A program made the translations under genes and the position numbers. Positions 26,980 to 37,088 of a DNA stretch of 64,000 nt are shown here, piece after piece. The stretch is from a virus. Where the stretch lies: positions 1-64,000 of IMG/VR virus record IMGVR_UViG_3300045999_010887; one strand, given 5' to 3'. The number at the start of each line of letters is the position of its first letter. Within the stretch, counting starts at the first letter, position 1. The notes beneath the pieces were generated by a model. That model made no database searches. It was given only the letters and a program-made list of their open reading frames with translations, and was not told the DNA's origin.

Positions 26980-29606
26980 AGTTCTTGTGCTACCTCTTCC
27001 ATTGTCGCATCAGATGCTTTGTCAATAATGTCCCCATAGAACGTACGCCATTCTTCTTTGTTTAGGCCCACTTCCACCAGAGATGGATACTGCTCGTACT
27101 TGGGACCGGATGCCCGAAGCGCGATGTTGACGACCCGCATGCCGCGACTGTTCTTGAATTGATAGACATTCAGCTTGAGCTGATGCACGCATACGTCCAT
27201 CAAGAGGGATTCAAACCGGCTGCGACCAAGGATGTTGCTGTTTGAACCACGTGAGAATTCGCAGTAGCTGGCATACAACCACTTGTCCCAGTTGATGTAC
27301 AGGTTAGAGACGCCACCGGGCGCATGTTTTGCAAGGCCCACAGGAGTGGCAATACCTGGATCAAAAACAACACAATGTTGCATCCAATCAAGGATCTGAT
27401 TGGATTTAAGGATTTGTTCACGGTGATGCTTGGCAAAGAAGTCAACTTTCTCGTTGGTCTCCATTAGGTATTCACGCATCTCCGACTCGGGCATATCGAG
27501 GACCCAGTTCACAAGTCCTGGAAGCAGAGATGCAAATTCTCCGAAGGGACGACCGTGATCATCCATATCGATCAAGGTTTTTTGTTCGGCTGAACTACCT
27601 GTGAATGGTTGATCGAATGGAATGGTGAGACGACGACGAGCTAAACCAGAGGTGGGGTCGGTGGTCTGGATGGGTTCGTTGGCCGTGATCATGACCAAGC
27701 CATTGAATTTAAATGGCTTTTGGCTACCGGCTTGGAACTTGCGTTCATTACGAATCAGGTCACGACCTGTAATTGCTTTCAAGACGGAGACCGATCCACC
27801 GTAACGCTCCACATCATTGAAGAGCAGCAGCTTTTTCTTATAGAGGTTGGCGGTTTCAAATCTGTTTTTCTCCAGATGCTCCAGCGAGGAAATCATGGCG
27901 TTGTCATCACCAACTAATGCGTGAGCAAGGTTGGAGTACGTGGATTTACCGGACTTACCGGGACCAACAATTTCCACAAACTTCTGAATATCTGAGTGAC
28001 TCAGCAGTACGGCACGCAACCAAGCCCGCAGCACCTGGACTCGCCCCCAACTATCACGTTGTGTGGATTTCAACCATTTAATGATGGGTTCACAACTTGC
28101 GTAGGGATCGTATTCATACGGCAGTTGTTGGGTGATGTACATCTCCCGGTCAAAGGGAAGCAGCTCCCTAGTCTCAACCTTCAAGATGCCATTGGTAAAA
28201 AGCAGATAATCATTACCTTCATACCAATCATCAAAAATTGTTGAAATCCTCAATTGCTCCATTAAGTCGGAGATGAGGTTCATTGAGTAACCACTGTGCA
28301 GCAACCCATCTTTAATGGAATCAAGTTGGCCTTTGATATCGCCTTTCACCTCATATTCCGACAGTTGTGACCACAGACCCTTTCTGTGGTATTGATACAT
28401 GAAGAATGCGCCATGTGATTGGCTGTACCGAAGATTTCCTTGGTAGTTCTGCAGCAAGATTGCTGCAATGACATCGGAAGATGGATTGCGAGTCTTTTGT
28501 TTGGCACCTTCTCCACCGCCATAGTTAGGACTGCTTCGACGACGGTAGACTTTGGTGTCGCCTTCGACCGTTTCTTTCTTAGGAGCTGGAGCCAATCCCA
28601 AGTCTTTTTCCAATTCAGTTAATAGTTCTGCAACATGATCAAGCATGGCGTCATCTACATTCATTGCCTTGTGATTTTCTGACGGCTTCCAACCGTTTTC
28701 TTTGGCGACGTGAATCAGAGAACCAACGCCACGTCCACCACCTTTCGAGAAGGAACGCCACCGCCGATGGCATTCACCCTCCTGATATTTATCCGACTGC
28801 CGGGACCATTCATCCCAGTGGTCAAGCAGCGATTCATCTAATGAGTGAAGCGACTGACCAACTGTGATCCAGATGTCGTAGTCATCCGTTGCTTCTGGCG
28901 GCATACCCCACATGGCTTCCAGCGCCAGTTGCATGTCGCGCTCTAGGTCAATCTCTGCATTAATGGCAAAAGAAGGACCAACGATGCGTGTAGTTTCTTT
29001 GGCGGGAACACCTTGCTTGATGTTCTTTTGAACAATGGCATTCAGCAGCCATTCTGGAAATTCTGGCAACTCCTGGATCCACTCAAACCCTTGATCTGAA
29101 GCCGTGAAGTAGCCTTCAGTCTCAGGATGCAGACCCATGAGAACGCCTTGGTGACGTTTCCAAAGGATCTCAAGTTTTTCTTTTGTTCCTTCTGCGTGCC
29201 AGGTGTATTTATTTCGTACGAATTGTTTGTGTTGATCTCGCGACAAACGATATAACTTCCGTTCGCGGCCTTCTTTGCCACTGAGGATGGTCAGAGTTTG
29301 AGGTAGAGCCTCTGCAAAAGGAAGTTCCGAGAGATCTTCAATGAGTTTATAAACGGTGGGACCGTCCACATCAACCCAAACCAAACCATAGGGATGGTTG
29401 TAGACAGGACCGCCAAGCAAGCCAACTGCTTTACAACGGCCAGCCAGCACCTCATTCTCGATTTCCTGAGGACTGTAGGGTTTGTTTTGCCAGCCAGCAA
29501 TATAGGGGTCCTTATTTGGACCTAGTGGCGTAAGAGGCCAGTCAATGGGGATATAGTCGAGCCTGATTTCACCGGGCTTGAGAGCTTGCTGATTTTTATT
29601 AGTCAT
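26976..29606 (-). CDS. Primase-polymerase / PriCT-2 / D5-like SF3 helicase
   Basis: WVDVDG, YDIWITVGQSLH..WDEWS, GPGKSGKST. Confidence 0.9.
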   Translation of the reverse strand: MTNKNQQALKPGEIRLDYIPIDWPLTPLGPNKDPYIAGWQNKPYSPQEIENEVLAGRCKAVGLLGGPVYNHPYGLVWVDVDGPTVYKLIEDLSELPFAEALPQTLTILSGKEGRERKLYRLSRDQHKQFVRNKYTWHAEGTKEKLEILWKRHQGVLMGLHPETEGYFTASDQGFEWIQELPEFPEWLLNAIVQKNIKQGVPAKETTRIVGPSFAINAEIDLERDMQLALEAMWGMPPEATDDYDIWITVGQSLHSLDESLLDHWDEWSRQSDKYQEGECHRRWRSFSKGGGRGVGSLIHVAKENGWKPSENHKAMNVDDAMLDHVAELLTELEKDLGLAPAPKKETVEGDTKVYRRRSSPNYGGGEGAKQKTRNPSSDVIAAILLQNYQGNLRYSQSHGAFFMYQYHRKGLWSQLSEYEVKGDIKGQLDSIKDGLLHSGYSMNLISDLMEQLRISTIFDDWYEGNDYLLFTNGILKVETRELLPFDREMYITQQLPYEYDPYASCEPIIKWLKSTQRDSWGRVQVLRAWLRAVLLSHSDIQKFVEIVGPGKSGKSTYSNLAHALVGDDNAMISSLEHLEKNRFETANLYKKKLLLFNDVERYGGSVSVLKAITGRDLIRNERKFQAGSQKPFKFNGLVMITANEPIQTTDPTSGLARRRLTIPFDQPFTGSSAEQKTLIDMDDHGRPFGEFASLLPGLVNWVLDMPESEMREYLMETNEKVDFFAKHHREQILKSNQILDWMQHCVVFDPGIATPVGLAKHAPGGVSNLYINWDKWLYASYCEFSRGSNSNILGRSRFESLLMDVCVHQLKLNVYQFKNSRGMRVVNIALRASGPKYEQYPSLVEVGLNKEEWRTFYGDIIDKASDATMEEVAQEL

Positions 29607-29787
29607 TCCCGGTGTGCTGTCGAACTTCTACTTTAAAGTTTTTATCTGCAAAAGATGCTTCCTTCAATAAGCAGAAAGCATGAAGATGCATGTCAGTGGG
29701 CAGATAAAAACAGTCCCCATCCGCCGCATCTAACATGCGACTCATGAGACTATTTATCCACTCACCCGTACAGACGTTGATGTCCAT
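29599..29787 (-). CDS. Hypothetical protein
   Basis: Overlaps the primase start. Confidence 0.5.
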   Translation of the reverse strand: MDINVCTGEWINSLMSRMLDAADGDCFYLPTDMHLHAFCLLKEASFADKNFKVEVRQHTGND

Positions 29788-29861
29788 GGTGAGGGCTTGA
29801 CTTGAGTGTTTTCTTATCCTACGGCGACCAATCCGGCCACGCCATTACGAGTTTCTGAAAA

Positions 29862-30029
29862 TCAGTAAGTCTTATGGGACTCATTAATTGGATCGATTAT
29901 TTCAAATTGTTTCATTAAACGTTCGTAGACCTGCAACACGTCTTCTTTTGTAACCACAACCGTTTGGCAGGCTATATCCCAAGCGTGTGTCTTACGGCTT
30001 TTCAGTTTACTGTTCAAATCACCGTCCAT
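29862..30029 (-). CDS. 55-aa hypothetical protein (not in ORF track)
   Basis: MDGDLNSKLKSRKTHAWDIACQ... Confidence 0.45.
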   Translation of the reverse strand: MDGDLNSKLKSRKTHAWDIACQTVVVTKEDVLQVYERLMKQFEIIDPINESHKTY

Positions 30030-30092
30030 GACTATTTAAAAATAAAACATAAGTTACTTTCGATATAATTATCTTATAGAAAATATGTTGTC

Positions 30093-30599
30093 ATGCCAAA
30101 GCCTACAGGGCCTGCACCTAAAACCGGAAGCACACCAACACCTACAGCTGGACGGCCAACAGGAGTGAATCGCCCCACCACTTCACCGCAGCCTGCCCAG
30201 CCAAAACAACAAGCAAAACGACCAACAGGCGTAAATCGCCCAACTGCCTCACCTCAGCCTACTAAACCAACACCAACACCTGGACGGCCAACAGGAGTGA
30301 ATCGCCCAACTACTTCACCACAACCTGTCAAACCAAAACAACAAAAAGACCCTGGTGAAGCAAGGAAACGAGCAGAAGAAGTCCAAGGAAAAGTTAAAGC
30401 AATTGATGCAAAACGTCAAGAAGCTTATGCAAAGCAACCTTTTAAAAAGGCTGGTGCTAGCAATGCAAGACCAACTCCCACACCTCCCCAAAGACCTGGG
30501 ACAAACCCTCCTCCTAGACGGGCTGCCCCCATAGGAACCTCAGTTGCCCCCCGTGGAATCAGCAATAAAAATACATCTAAAGGAAGAGGAACTAAATAA
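30093..30599 (+). CDS. Pro/Thr/Lys-rich repeat protein
   Basis: RPTGVNRPTxSPQP x3. Confidence 0.55.
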   Translation: MPKPTGPAPKTGSTPTPTAGRPTGVNRPTTSPQPAQPKQQAKRPTGVNRPTASPQPTKPTPTPGRPTGVNRPTTSPQPVKPKQQKDPGEARKRAEEVQGKVKAIDAKRQEAYAKQPFKKAGASNARPTPTPPQRPGTNPPPRRAAPIGTSVAPRGISNKNTSKGRGTK

Positions 30600-31446
30600 G
30601 ATCTGGATCGTAGCTGTTACAGTTTTCTATTTGAGAATAGTATTCGGCTACGATTTTAAGCCAGTCTTCTCGTAAAGAATCCAGGAAACGCCTGGAGATT
30701 TTAAAAACTTGAGTACGAACAGGCGTCGACACTAGGATTGCCGCCTGTTGTACTTTCATGCCAAGAGTTTGTTCAATTGCAATATCATACGCAGCAAGTT
30801 GTTTGCATGTCTTTTTAAATTTCATATGACCTCCAAGTAGATCACGCCATTCAGGCGAACCTTTTTCCAGATCTTTAGGCCACTTGCGACTGTAAGGTTT
30901 AACGCTGGTTTTTAGATCAGCAAGCGTCAGTTTGTTATTGGCAACAGCAATAATATCAGGAGCACCAGCCCAAGCGCGGCCTTCGTCGTCACAACCCCAG
31001 ACGCGAGCAACATCGTCAGCGCCGATAGTAAAATCAAATTTATCAAGGACGGGTGACTCGGCCCAAAGAACCTCCTGGAACTGATCCAGAATTCCTGGCA
31101 TACCAGCCCAAAAGTCTGCGTATTCTTCTTTGATTTCAGGTGTTTTATTCCCCTTGAGATATTGTTCCATCCCATAGTGGATTGCTGTACCACGTTCAGC
31201 CGCAGCTTCTTTAACACCTGGATTTGCTTTTGACCACATTTCGAGCTTCCGTTTGTTTGCTTCGGAAGCTGTTTCGCTAATGATTGTAGTTACGGACGGC
31301 GCAGGTCCAGTGGGTAACGGAGTTGTGTAGTGACGTTTTCCGTTAAGCGTAATTCTGGCTGCGGTCCTGTTGATTGACCGCATCATTTCTGGTTGCTCTT
31401 CCTTGGCTTTGATCCAAGGATCTGATGTATTCAGTTTAGCAACCAT
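30592..31446 (-). CDS. PD-(D/E)XK exonuclease
   Basis: PSVTTII, RGTAIH, AGAPD..LADLKTS, QLAAY. Confidence 0.85.
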   Translation of the reverse strand: MVAKLNTSDPWIKAKEEQPEMMRSINRTAARITLNGKRHYTTPLPTGPAPSVTTIISETASEANKRKLEMWSKANPGVKEAAAERGTAIHYGMEQYLKGNKTPEIKEEYADFWAGMPGILDQFQEVLWAESPVLDKFDFTIGADDVARVWGCDDEGRAWAGAPDIIAVANNKLTLADLKTSVKPYSRKWPKDLEKGSPEWRDLLGGHMKFKKTCKQLAAYDIAIEQTLGMKVQQAAILVSTPVRTQVFKISRRFLDSLREDWLKIVAEYYSQIENCNSYDPDLI

Positions 31447-31862
31447 TACAGGTTTTGTATATTGGCTACAATGTAGCAGATACAAAACTAAGAATGCAGG
31501 AATTCAAACTCATTGTCTTGACGATTTTATTGGCTATGCTTGCCACCGCCGTCATTGAGCTTGTTCCCCATTGGATCCACTGACAAAAATTAAACTGTCC
31601 ATACAAGGATGGTGGGGTTGCCTGGGGGCACTCCTTCAAATTATTTGGATTGGTATCAAACTAAACTGGGAACTCTTGACAGTATGTCTTGCAACATTAC
31701 TCGTTTTTATTACTGTGATCCAAGCATTGACATCAAATCTTTTTTAAAACTTGAACACTATCGTCGTAATGGCGTTGCCTTTGACGATATTGAAACAGGA
31801 GAAGCCAACGCCTTCGAGGAGAAATTGCTCCAAGAAGGCGAGCTTTATTTAAGAATAGATCT

Positions 31863-32885
31863 TTAAACAGTAGCAAGATCGTATGTAATCATTTCTTTAA
31901 CCATATCTTCAAAAGAAATACGAGGCTCCCAACCAAGCTCCCAGTGCGCTTTGGAGCAATCACCTAGGAGAGTATCAACTTCAGCTGGACGGTAAAACTG
32001 TGGGCTAATAACAATAACAGTTTTATCCAGTTTGGTGCTGTATCCAATTTCATCAACGCCTTCTCCACGCCATTCCAAACCAAGATCCAAGTAATCAGCT
32101 GCAATTTCACAGAACTGCCGAACACTGTGCTGGATGCCACTTGCAATCACATAATCTTTAGCTGCTACTTGTTGCAAGATTCGACGCATGGCATCTACGT
32201 AATCCTTGGCATGACCCCAATCACGCCTGGCCTCAAGGTTTCCCAACTCAAGGACGGGAAGCTTACCTTTAATAACAGAAACTAGTCCTTTGGTAATTTT
32301 CTTAGTAACAAAGTTATCGCCACGGATTGGACTCTCGTGATTAAAAAGGATACCGTTAGCGCCAAACATGTCGTAACTCTCACGGTAATTAACCGTCAGC
32401 CAGTAGCCAAAAAGCTTGGCAACACCATACGGACTTCTGGGATAGAAACAAGTTTTTTCATTTTGAGGAGACGATTCTGTTTTCCCAAACATCTCAGAGG
32501 TTGATGCCTGGTAGAACCGCGGACTTGAGGATCCGGCCCGACATGCCTCAAGAACATTCATCACACCAATTGCGTTTGCCGCAGCAGTGCTTACAGGAGA
32601 TTTAAAGCTGACACCTACATGGCTTTGAGCGGCCAGATTATAAACTTCATCAGGCGCAAAGTCCTGAATTACCCTGGTTAGAGAAGGGGCATCAGTCAGA
32701 TCAGAGTATTCAATTTGCACATCACTTGGAATGTCACCACTAAAAACCCATTTCAGTTTGTCAAGATGGTTGGGTTGCGTGTGGTTTCTGACAACACCAC
32801 AAACCTTGTAGCCATGGTCGATTAGGTTGCGTGCCAGATACGAACCATCTTGGCCAGTAATTCCGGTGATCAGTGCGCGTTTCAT
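31863..32885 (-). CDS. gmd: GDP-mannose 4,6-dehydratase
   Basis: ALITGITGQDGSYL, NLAAQSHV, QASTSE, YGVAK, FNHESP. Confidence 0.95.
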   Translation of the reverse strand: MKRALITGITGQDGSYLARNLIDHGYKVCGVVRNHTQPNHLDKLKWVFSGDIPSDVQIEYSDLTDAPSLTRVIQDFAPDEVYNLAAQSHVGVSFKSPVSTAAANAIGVMNVLEACRAGSSSPRFYQASTSEMFGKTESSPQNEKTCFYPRSPYGVAKLFGYWLTVNYRESYDMFGANGILFNHESPIRGDNFVTKKITKGLVSVIKGKLPVLELGNLEARRDWGHAKDYVDAMRRILQQVAAKDYVIASGIQHSVRQFCEIAADYLDLGLEWRGEGVDEIGYSTKLDKTVIVISPQFYRPAEVDTLLGDCSKAHWELGWEPRISFEDMVKEMITYDLATV

Positions 32886-32934
32886 TTGCCATATCTGCGT
32901 GGTTAAAGTATAACCATTAAAACGACGTTTAGTT

Positions 32935-34110
32935 ATGACGGTGTTTGATTGGCCGCTCCAAAAAAATACGATTGGCTGGAAGGAGCGCCTGGCGCTAGCA
33001 AAGTTTATTTTGACTTCTGACCGTTTTACCAATGGTCCAGAGTGCCGTCAATTTGAAGATGAATGGAGTGAATGGCAGGGTGCACCGTATTCTTTGTATG
33101 TTGCCAACGGTTCCGTCGCCAACTTTTTACTGCTTGACGCAGTACATGAATACTATTTCCCCACCAAAAAACAGCTGACCATCTTTGCTCCAGCCATTAA
33201 TTGGGCCACCAATATCTCAACCTTTTGCCAACAACATCACAATGTTTACTTTTATGACATTGATTACGAAACCTACAGCCCCACTCCCGAGTCGGCCCAG
33301 CAGCTTTTCTTCAAAGGTTTCCAGCCAGACGTTGTTTACCTGACGCATGTTCTTGGAATCTCCAATGACATGGAGAGGATCAAAGAGTTGTGGCCCCATG
33401 CCGCAATTATCGAGGACTGTTGTGAATCCCATGGTGCCCGCGACGCCAAGACTGGTGTGAAGGTCGGCAATACGGGCATTGGCTCAACCTTTTCTTTCTA
33501 CTTCGGACATCACATGACCACCGTGGAGGGTGGCATGATCTGCGTCCAGAATGAAAAACTGTATAACCTCTTGCGTGCCAAGCGTTCTCACGGCTTATCG
33601 CGTGAGATGCTCCCTGCCTACCGAGCAGACATTCAAGAAAAGTATCCGGACGTTGACCCGACCTTCTTATTCCCCACCAAGGGATACAACTTCCGGAACG
33701 TGGAAACCGGAGCAGTCTTGGGTCGAGTCCAACTGAAGAAACTTGACAGCTGGAATGAACAGCGCAGCAAAAACTATGCGTTGTTCCGGGAAGAAATGAT
33801 CGACCGCCCCTGGTTCGACACTCTCCCTAAGGCCGATGGAAACAGTGCCATGACACTGCCATTCCATTGCAAAGATCCAGAGATTGCAGCTGAACTGAAG
33901 AAGTTCCTCCAGTTGATTGGCATTGAAACCCGTCCGTTCCTGGTCGGTAACCTCCTGCGTCAGCCCTTCATGGAGGACTACACCTCTTTAATTGATCTAC
34001 CGAATAGCGAGCGGATGCACACGCATTCGTTTTATATCGGCAATAACCACTTCATCAAAGAAGGTGACATCAAAGAACTCTCGAAGGTACTAGACAAATG
34101 CGGGTATTGA
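32935..34110 (+). CDS. PLP-dependent DegT-family enzyme, ColD-like 3-dehydratase
   Basis: EDCCESHG; SFYFGHHMTTVEGG has His in place of the Schiff-base Lys. Confidence 0.8.
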   Translation: MTVFDWPLQKNTIGWKERLALAKFILTSDRFTNGPECRQFEDEWSEWQGAPYSLYVANGSVANFLLLDAVHEYYFPTKKQLTIFAPAINWATNISTFCQQHHNVYFYDIDYETYSPTPESAQQLFFKGFQPDVVYLTHVLGISNDMERIKELWPHAAIIEDCCESHGARDAKTGVKVGNTGIGSTFSFYFGHHMTTVEGGMICVQNEKLYNLLRAKRSHGLSREMLPAYRADIQEKYPDVDPTFLFPTKGYNFRNVETGAVLGRVQLKKLDSWNEQRSKNYALFREEMIDRPWFDTLPKADGNSAMTLPFHCKDPEIAAELKKFLQLIGIETRPFLVGNLLRQPFMEDYTSLIDLPNSERMHTHSFYIGNNHFIKEGDIKELSKVLDKCGY

Positions 34111-34835
34111 TTTGCAGCATCATTCGCAACAGGGAGCCTTTCTTGTTTGGCTGGAAGGATCAAATCCTTTGTCTCAAGGACGAGAACCCAAAGATTACGT
34201 TTGACCTTTCTGTCTTTGAGAATGATTCAGATGACGGCACTGTCGACTATCTACGGATGATTGAACCAGAGCTTAAGTCTGAGCTCAATCAAGTATGGAT
34301 CCAGTGCGTCAAAAAGGACTGGCCTTATTTTGGTTCGGTGCGCGCAGAAGATCGAGTCAAGTATTTGGCTGAAGCACGCAACGAATGTCTGGACAAAACA
34401 GAGAAAGAAGTTGGTCTCAAGGAGTACGACAAGGTTGTATTTATTGAGCCCGACATTGATTTTGATCCAGAAGAAATCAGTCAACTTTTTTATACAGACG
34501 ATGATATTGCGTCGCCATACAGCGTGCATCCCCTGGATGTCCAAAGTCATCGCTGGATTTATGACAGCTGGGCAACTCGTCTTTCCGTAGAGGATGACAT
34601 CTTCAAAGGCCCTAGGATTTTTGAGATGCCACCCCGCCTTGATGTGGTCTCTACGTTTAATTGCTTCTGTGTTTATCGCGGTCAACCCTTTGCAGAAGGC
34701 GCACGTTTCTCTGGTATTAACCCATGGACTGATTCATGGGACTGCGATACTACTAACATCTGTTATGAGTTCAGCATGCGTGGTTACGACCGCATTGGGC
34801 TGTACAATATTCTCTTAACACACCTTGGCAATTAA
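34098..34835 (+). CDS. Glycosyltransferase, GT-A fold
   Basis: FENDSDDGT, LAEARN, FIEPDID, YDSWA. Confidence 0.7.
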   Translation: MRVLICSIIRNREPFLFGWKDQILCLKDENPKITFDLSVFENDSDDGTVDYLRMIEPELKSELNQVWIQCVKKDWPYFGSVRAEDRVKYLAEARNECLDKTEKEVGLKEYDKVVFIEPDIDFDPEEISQLFYTDDDIASPYSVHPLDVQSHRWIYDSWATRLSVEDDIFKGPRIFEMPPRLDVVSTFNCFCVYRGQPFAEGARFSGINPWTDSWDCDTTNICYEFSMRGYDRIGLYNILLTHLGN

Positions 34836-35026
34836 GGTAAGCCGTACTGTTCATTCAAGTTCTCCGTATTGGATTTAAATGGAAAAACTGCCAGACTATA
34901 TTCAAGCGATAGAAGAGGGTAAATCCCTGGTCGCTAACCACAACAATCTTTTGAAAAGTTTATTGCTATCAAAGCAGGCCAATGACAACAACCTTTATAC
35001 TGGCGAAACAACCAACGGAAGCACAG

Positions 35027-35254
35027 ATGTCTCTCTCAGCGCAAGTGAAGGAATCAGTGGATCAAGCGATTCACCATCTGCGTGATGCCCTTGCGTTTGC
35101 CTCAAGGTCAGAACATTCAATGACCATTGGCACACTGTCAGATATTTTGATTCGTTGCGAAAGTATTGAATCAATGGATGAGATTATGCATCGCTTTGGT
35201 TCCAAATCAAAGCAAGGTAACTTAAATACACCACAAGATTTTGACAAAGCCTGA
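35027..35254 (+). CDS. Hypothetical protein
   Basis: MSLSAQVKESVDQAIHHLRDALAFASRSE. Confidence 0.55.
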   Translation: MSLSAQVKESVDQAIHHLRDALAFASRSEHSMTIGTLSDILIRCESIESMDEIMHRFGSKSKQGNLNTPQDFDKA

Positions 35255-35400
35255 ACGTCATCGATTAACGGAGGCTGATCGCCTCCAAAAATATTTTTGG
35301 GATTTAGAAAAATTAATCCCCAATCCGCCTGCAAACTGGGCGGTGAATGCTAAGCCGTGTAAGTGGGCTAAAATATTAGAAGAACGTAAAAAGAATCCTG

Positions 35401-35682
35401 ATGTCTCAGGAGAATAAATATACAAAACCAGGATTACGCGAACGGATTAAAGATCGCGTGATGGCTGGTTCTCGTGGCGGCCGACCAGGTCAATGGAGTG
35501 CTAGGAAGGCGCAGCTTGTTGCACAAGAATACAAGAAAGCAGGCGGTGAATATAAAGGCGGCAAAGGAGAGAAGCAAAAGTCTTTGGAGAAGTGGGGCAA
35601 GGAAAAGTGGATGACAAAAGACGAATACGAGAAGCGCGGCAAAGCTAAAGCTACTGCCAAGAAGTACAAGGAGAGTAAGTGA
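35401..35682 (+). CDS. Basic phage protein (DUF5872-like), N-terminal part
   Basis: YTKPGLRERIK...GQWSARKAQL...YKKAGG. Confidence 0.7.
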   Translation: MSQENKYTKPGLRERIKDRVMAGSRGGRPGQWSARKAQLVAQEYKKAGGEYKGGKGEKQKSLEKWGKEKWMTKDEYEKRGKAKATAKKYKESK

Positions 35683-35851
35683 TGCAAATTGCCGGACGTT
35701 ATATGGATACATCTGGGCCAGGCAATGACCCAAGAGATTTTTTATTAGAAGAAAATTTTTGGGCTAGTCAAGCTTTGCCCCAAGGTGTTTCCATAGATCA
35801 AGCTATTAAAGATGGTTTATGGCAACAGCTTATTAAGTTTAAAAAATAAAC

Positions 35852-36055
35852 ATGACAGACAAGGCGATTCAAAAGGGTTACACCAAACGCTACCTTCCAC
35901 AAAAAGCCTGGGCCTCATTGTCACCAGAAGAACGTGCAGAAACAGACCAAAAGAAACGCGCTGCCAGTCGTGAAGGTAAACAATTTGTTCCGAACACTAG
36001 GAAAGCAAAGTTAGCTGGACGTGCTGCACGGCGTTATCGCAACAGTAAATCATGA
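35852..36055 (+). CDS. Basic phage protein (DUF5872-like), C-terminal part
   Basis: RYLPQKAWASLSPEER...GKQFVPN. Confidence 0.65.
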   Translation: MTDKAIQKGYTKRYLPQKAWASLSPEERAETDQKKRAASREGKQFVPNTRKAKLAGRAARRYRNSKS

Positions 36056-36057
36056 TA

Positions 36058-36186
36058 TCCTGACAGCGGAGCAATACCGCTCTAGGGGTAATAGTCGAAA
36101 ACCCCTTCCACGTTACGAACGTGGTGCTTAGCAGCGACTTGAGTGGGAAGGAAGTTATGATCCCGGTATAACAACCGGGATTTTTT
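36058..36186 (+). ncRNA. Candidate pseudoknotted ncRNA with an intrinsic terminator
   Basis: Four hairpins, AGTCG/CGACT loop pairing, terminator ATCCCGGT/ACCGGGAT plus T run. Confidence 0.6.
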
Positions 36187-36190
36187 GTAC

Positions 36191-36820
36191 GTGGCGTATT
36201 TGAATCACAATCTTCCCGACTGGTCTTGCTATATCCGCAACGAGTTTCTTTACAACCACAAGCAAGGTCATGGCGAGGTGACCAAGTGTGATGTGCACTG
36301 TGTTGCCAGCCTTGAGAAACGTGTGCCCCTTTTTGAAGCATTCCTTGAGAATGGTGTGAATTGGACTAGGCGTCCACTCCATGCGTTCTGTTGGAAGCCT
36401 GATGCACCCATCGAACCGTTGGAAGATGTGATGTATTGGGATTGTTTCTCCCCTTATATTGATGTGCAGAAACGTGCACGGCTTGCTGGTTTGCAAGCGG
36501 AGCTCATCAAACCTAATGGTGACAAGGCTCTTGGTACCTACATGTTTACCCTTGATTGGTCATGGGAGAACAAGGGTACTACTGACTTTAATTTCTCAGA
36601 GACACCCGAGCATAAGTGTGCGCACCTCTTCAAGATGGAGAGCGGCAACTACTATGCGTATCCCAACAACCGAATCATCTGGTACGACAACGCCTGGACG
36701 TTTAACCGTATCAAACAAAACCCAGGGTACGAGATTGATATGACGGTTTATTCCGTAGAGAACAAACGGAAGCTGGAAACCTCAGACCATTACATGTACG
36801 AGGTAAAGACTGTAGAATAA
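36191..36820 (+). CDS. Conserved hypothetical phage protein
   Basis: MAYLNHNLP...WDCFS...EHKCAH...YAYPNNRIIW. Confidence 0.7.
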   Translation: MAYLNHNLPDWSCYIRNEFLYNHKQGHGEVTKCDVHCVASLEKRVPLFEAFLENGVNWTRRPLHAFCWKPDAPIEPLEDVMYWDCFSPYIDVQKRARLAGLQAELIKPNGDKALGTYMFTLDWSWENKGTTDFNFSETPEHKCAHLFKMESGNYYAYPNNRIIWYDNAWTFNRIKQNPGYEIDMTVYSVENKRKLETSDHYMYEVKTVE

Positions 36821-36939
36821 TTTCGTTCCCCCTCTCTTTTCGATGGGGCAGCAAGGGTGCAACAAGGAACGTTGCATTAAATAAAGGATCCCCTCAGCCG
36901 CATCGTAGATTATCGTAGGCGGACATCCTTGCCCTTTAC

Positions 36940-37013
36940 CGAGAATTAGCGCAGTTTGGTAGCGCACCTGTTTTGGGAGCAGGGGGCCGCAGGTTCAAAT
37001 CCTGCATTCTCGA
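36940..37013 (+). tRNA. tRNA-Pro(UGG)
   Basis: Acceptor CGAGAAT/ATTCTCG, anticodon loop TTTGGGA, T loop GGTTCAAATCC; CCA not encoded. Confidence 0.95.
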
Positions 37014-37088
37014 TTATTCAGATTCTCGATAAATTGCGTTTATCAGGATTCCTGATAAATTATATTTACGCGTGCACAAAAACTATAC

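Noticed and set aside
37006-37030. ATTCTCGAT duplication of the tRNA-Pro 3' end as an att site
   Set aside because: Only 9 bp, 7 bp apart, with no functional integrase.
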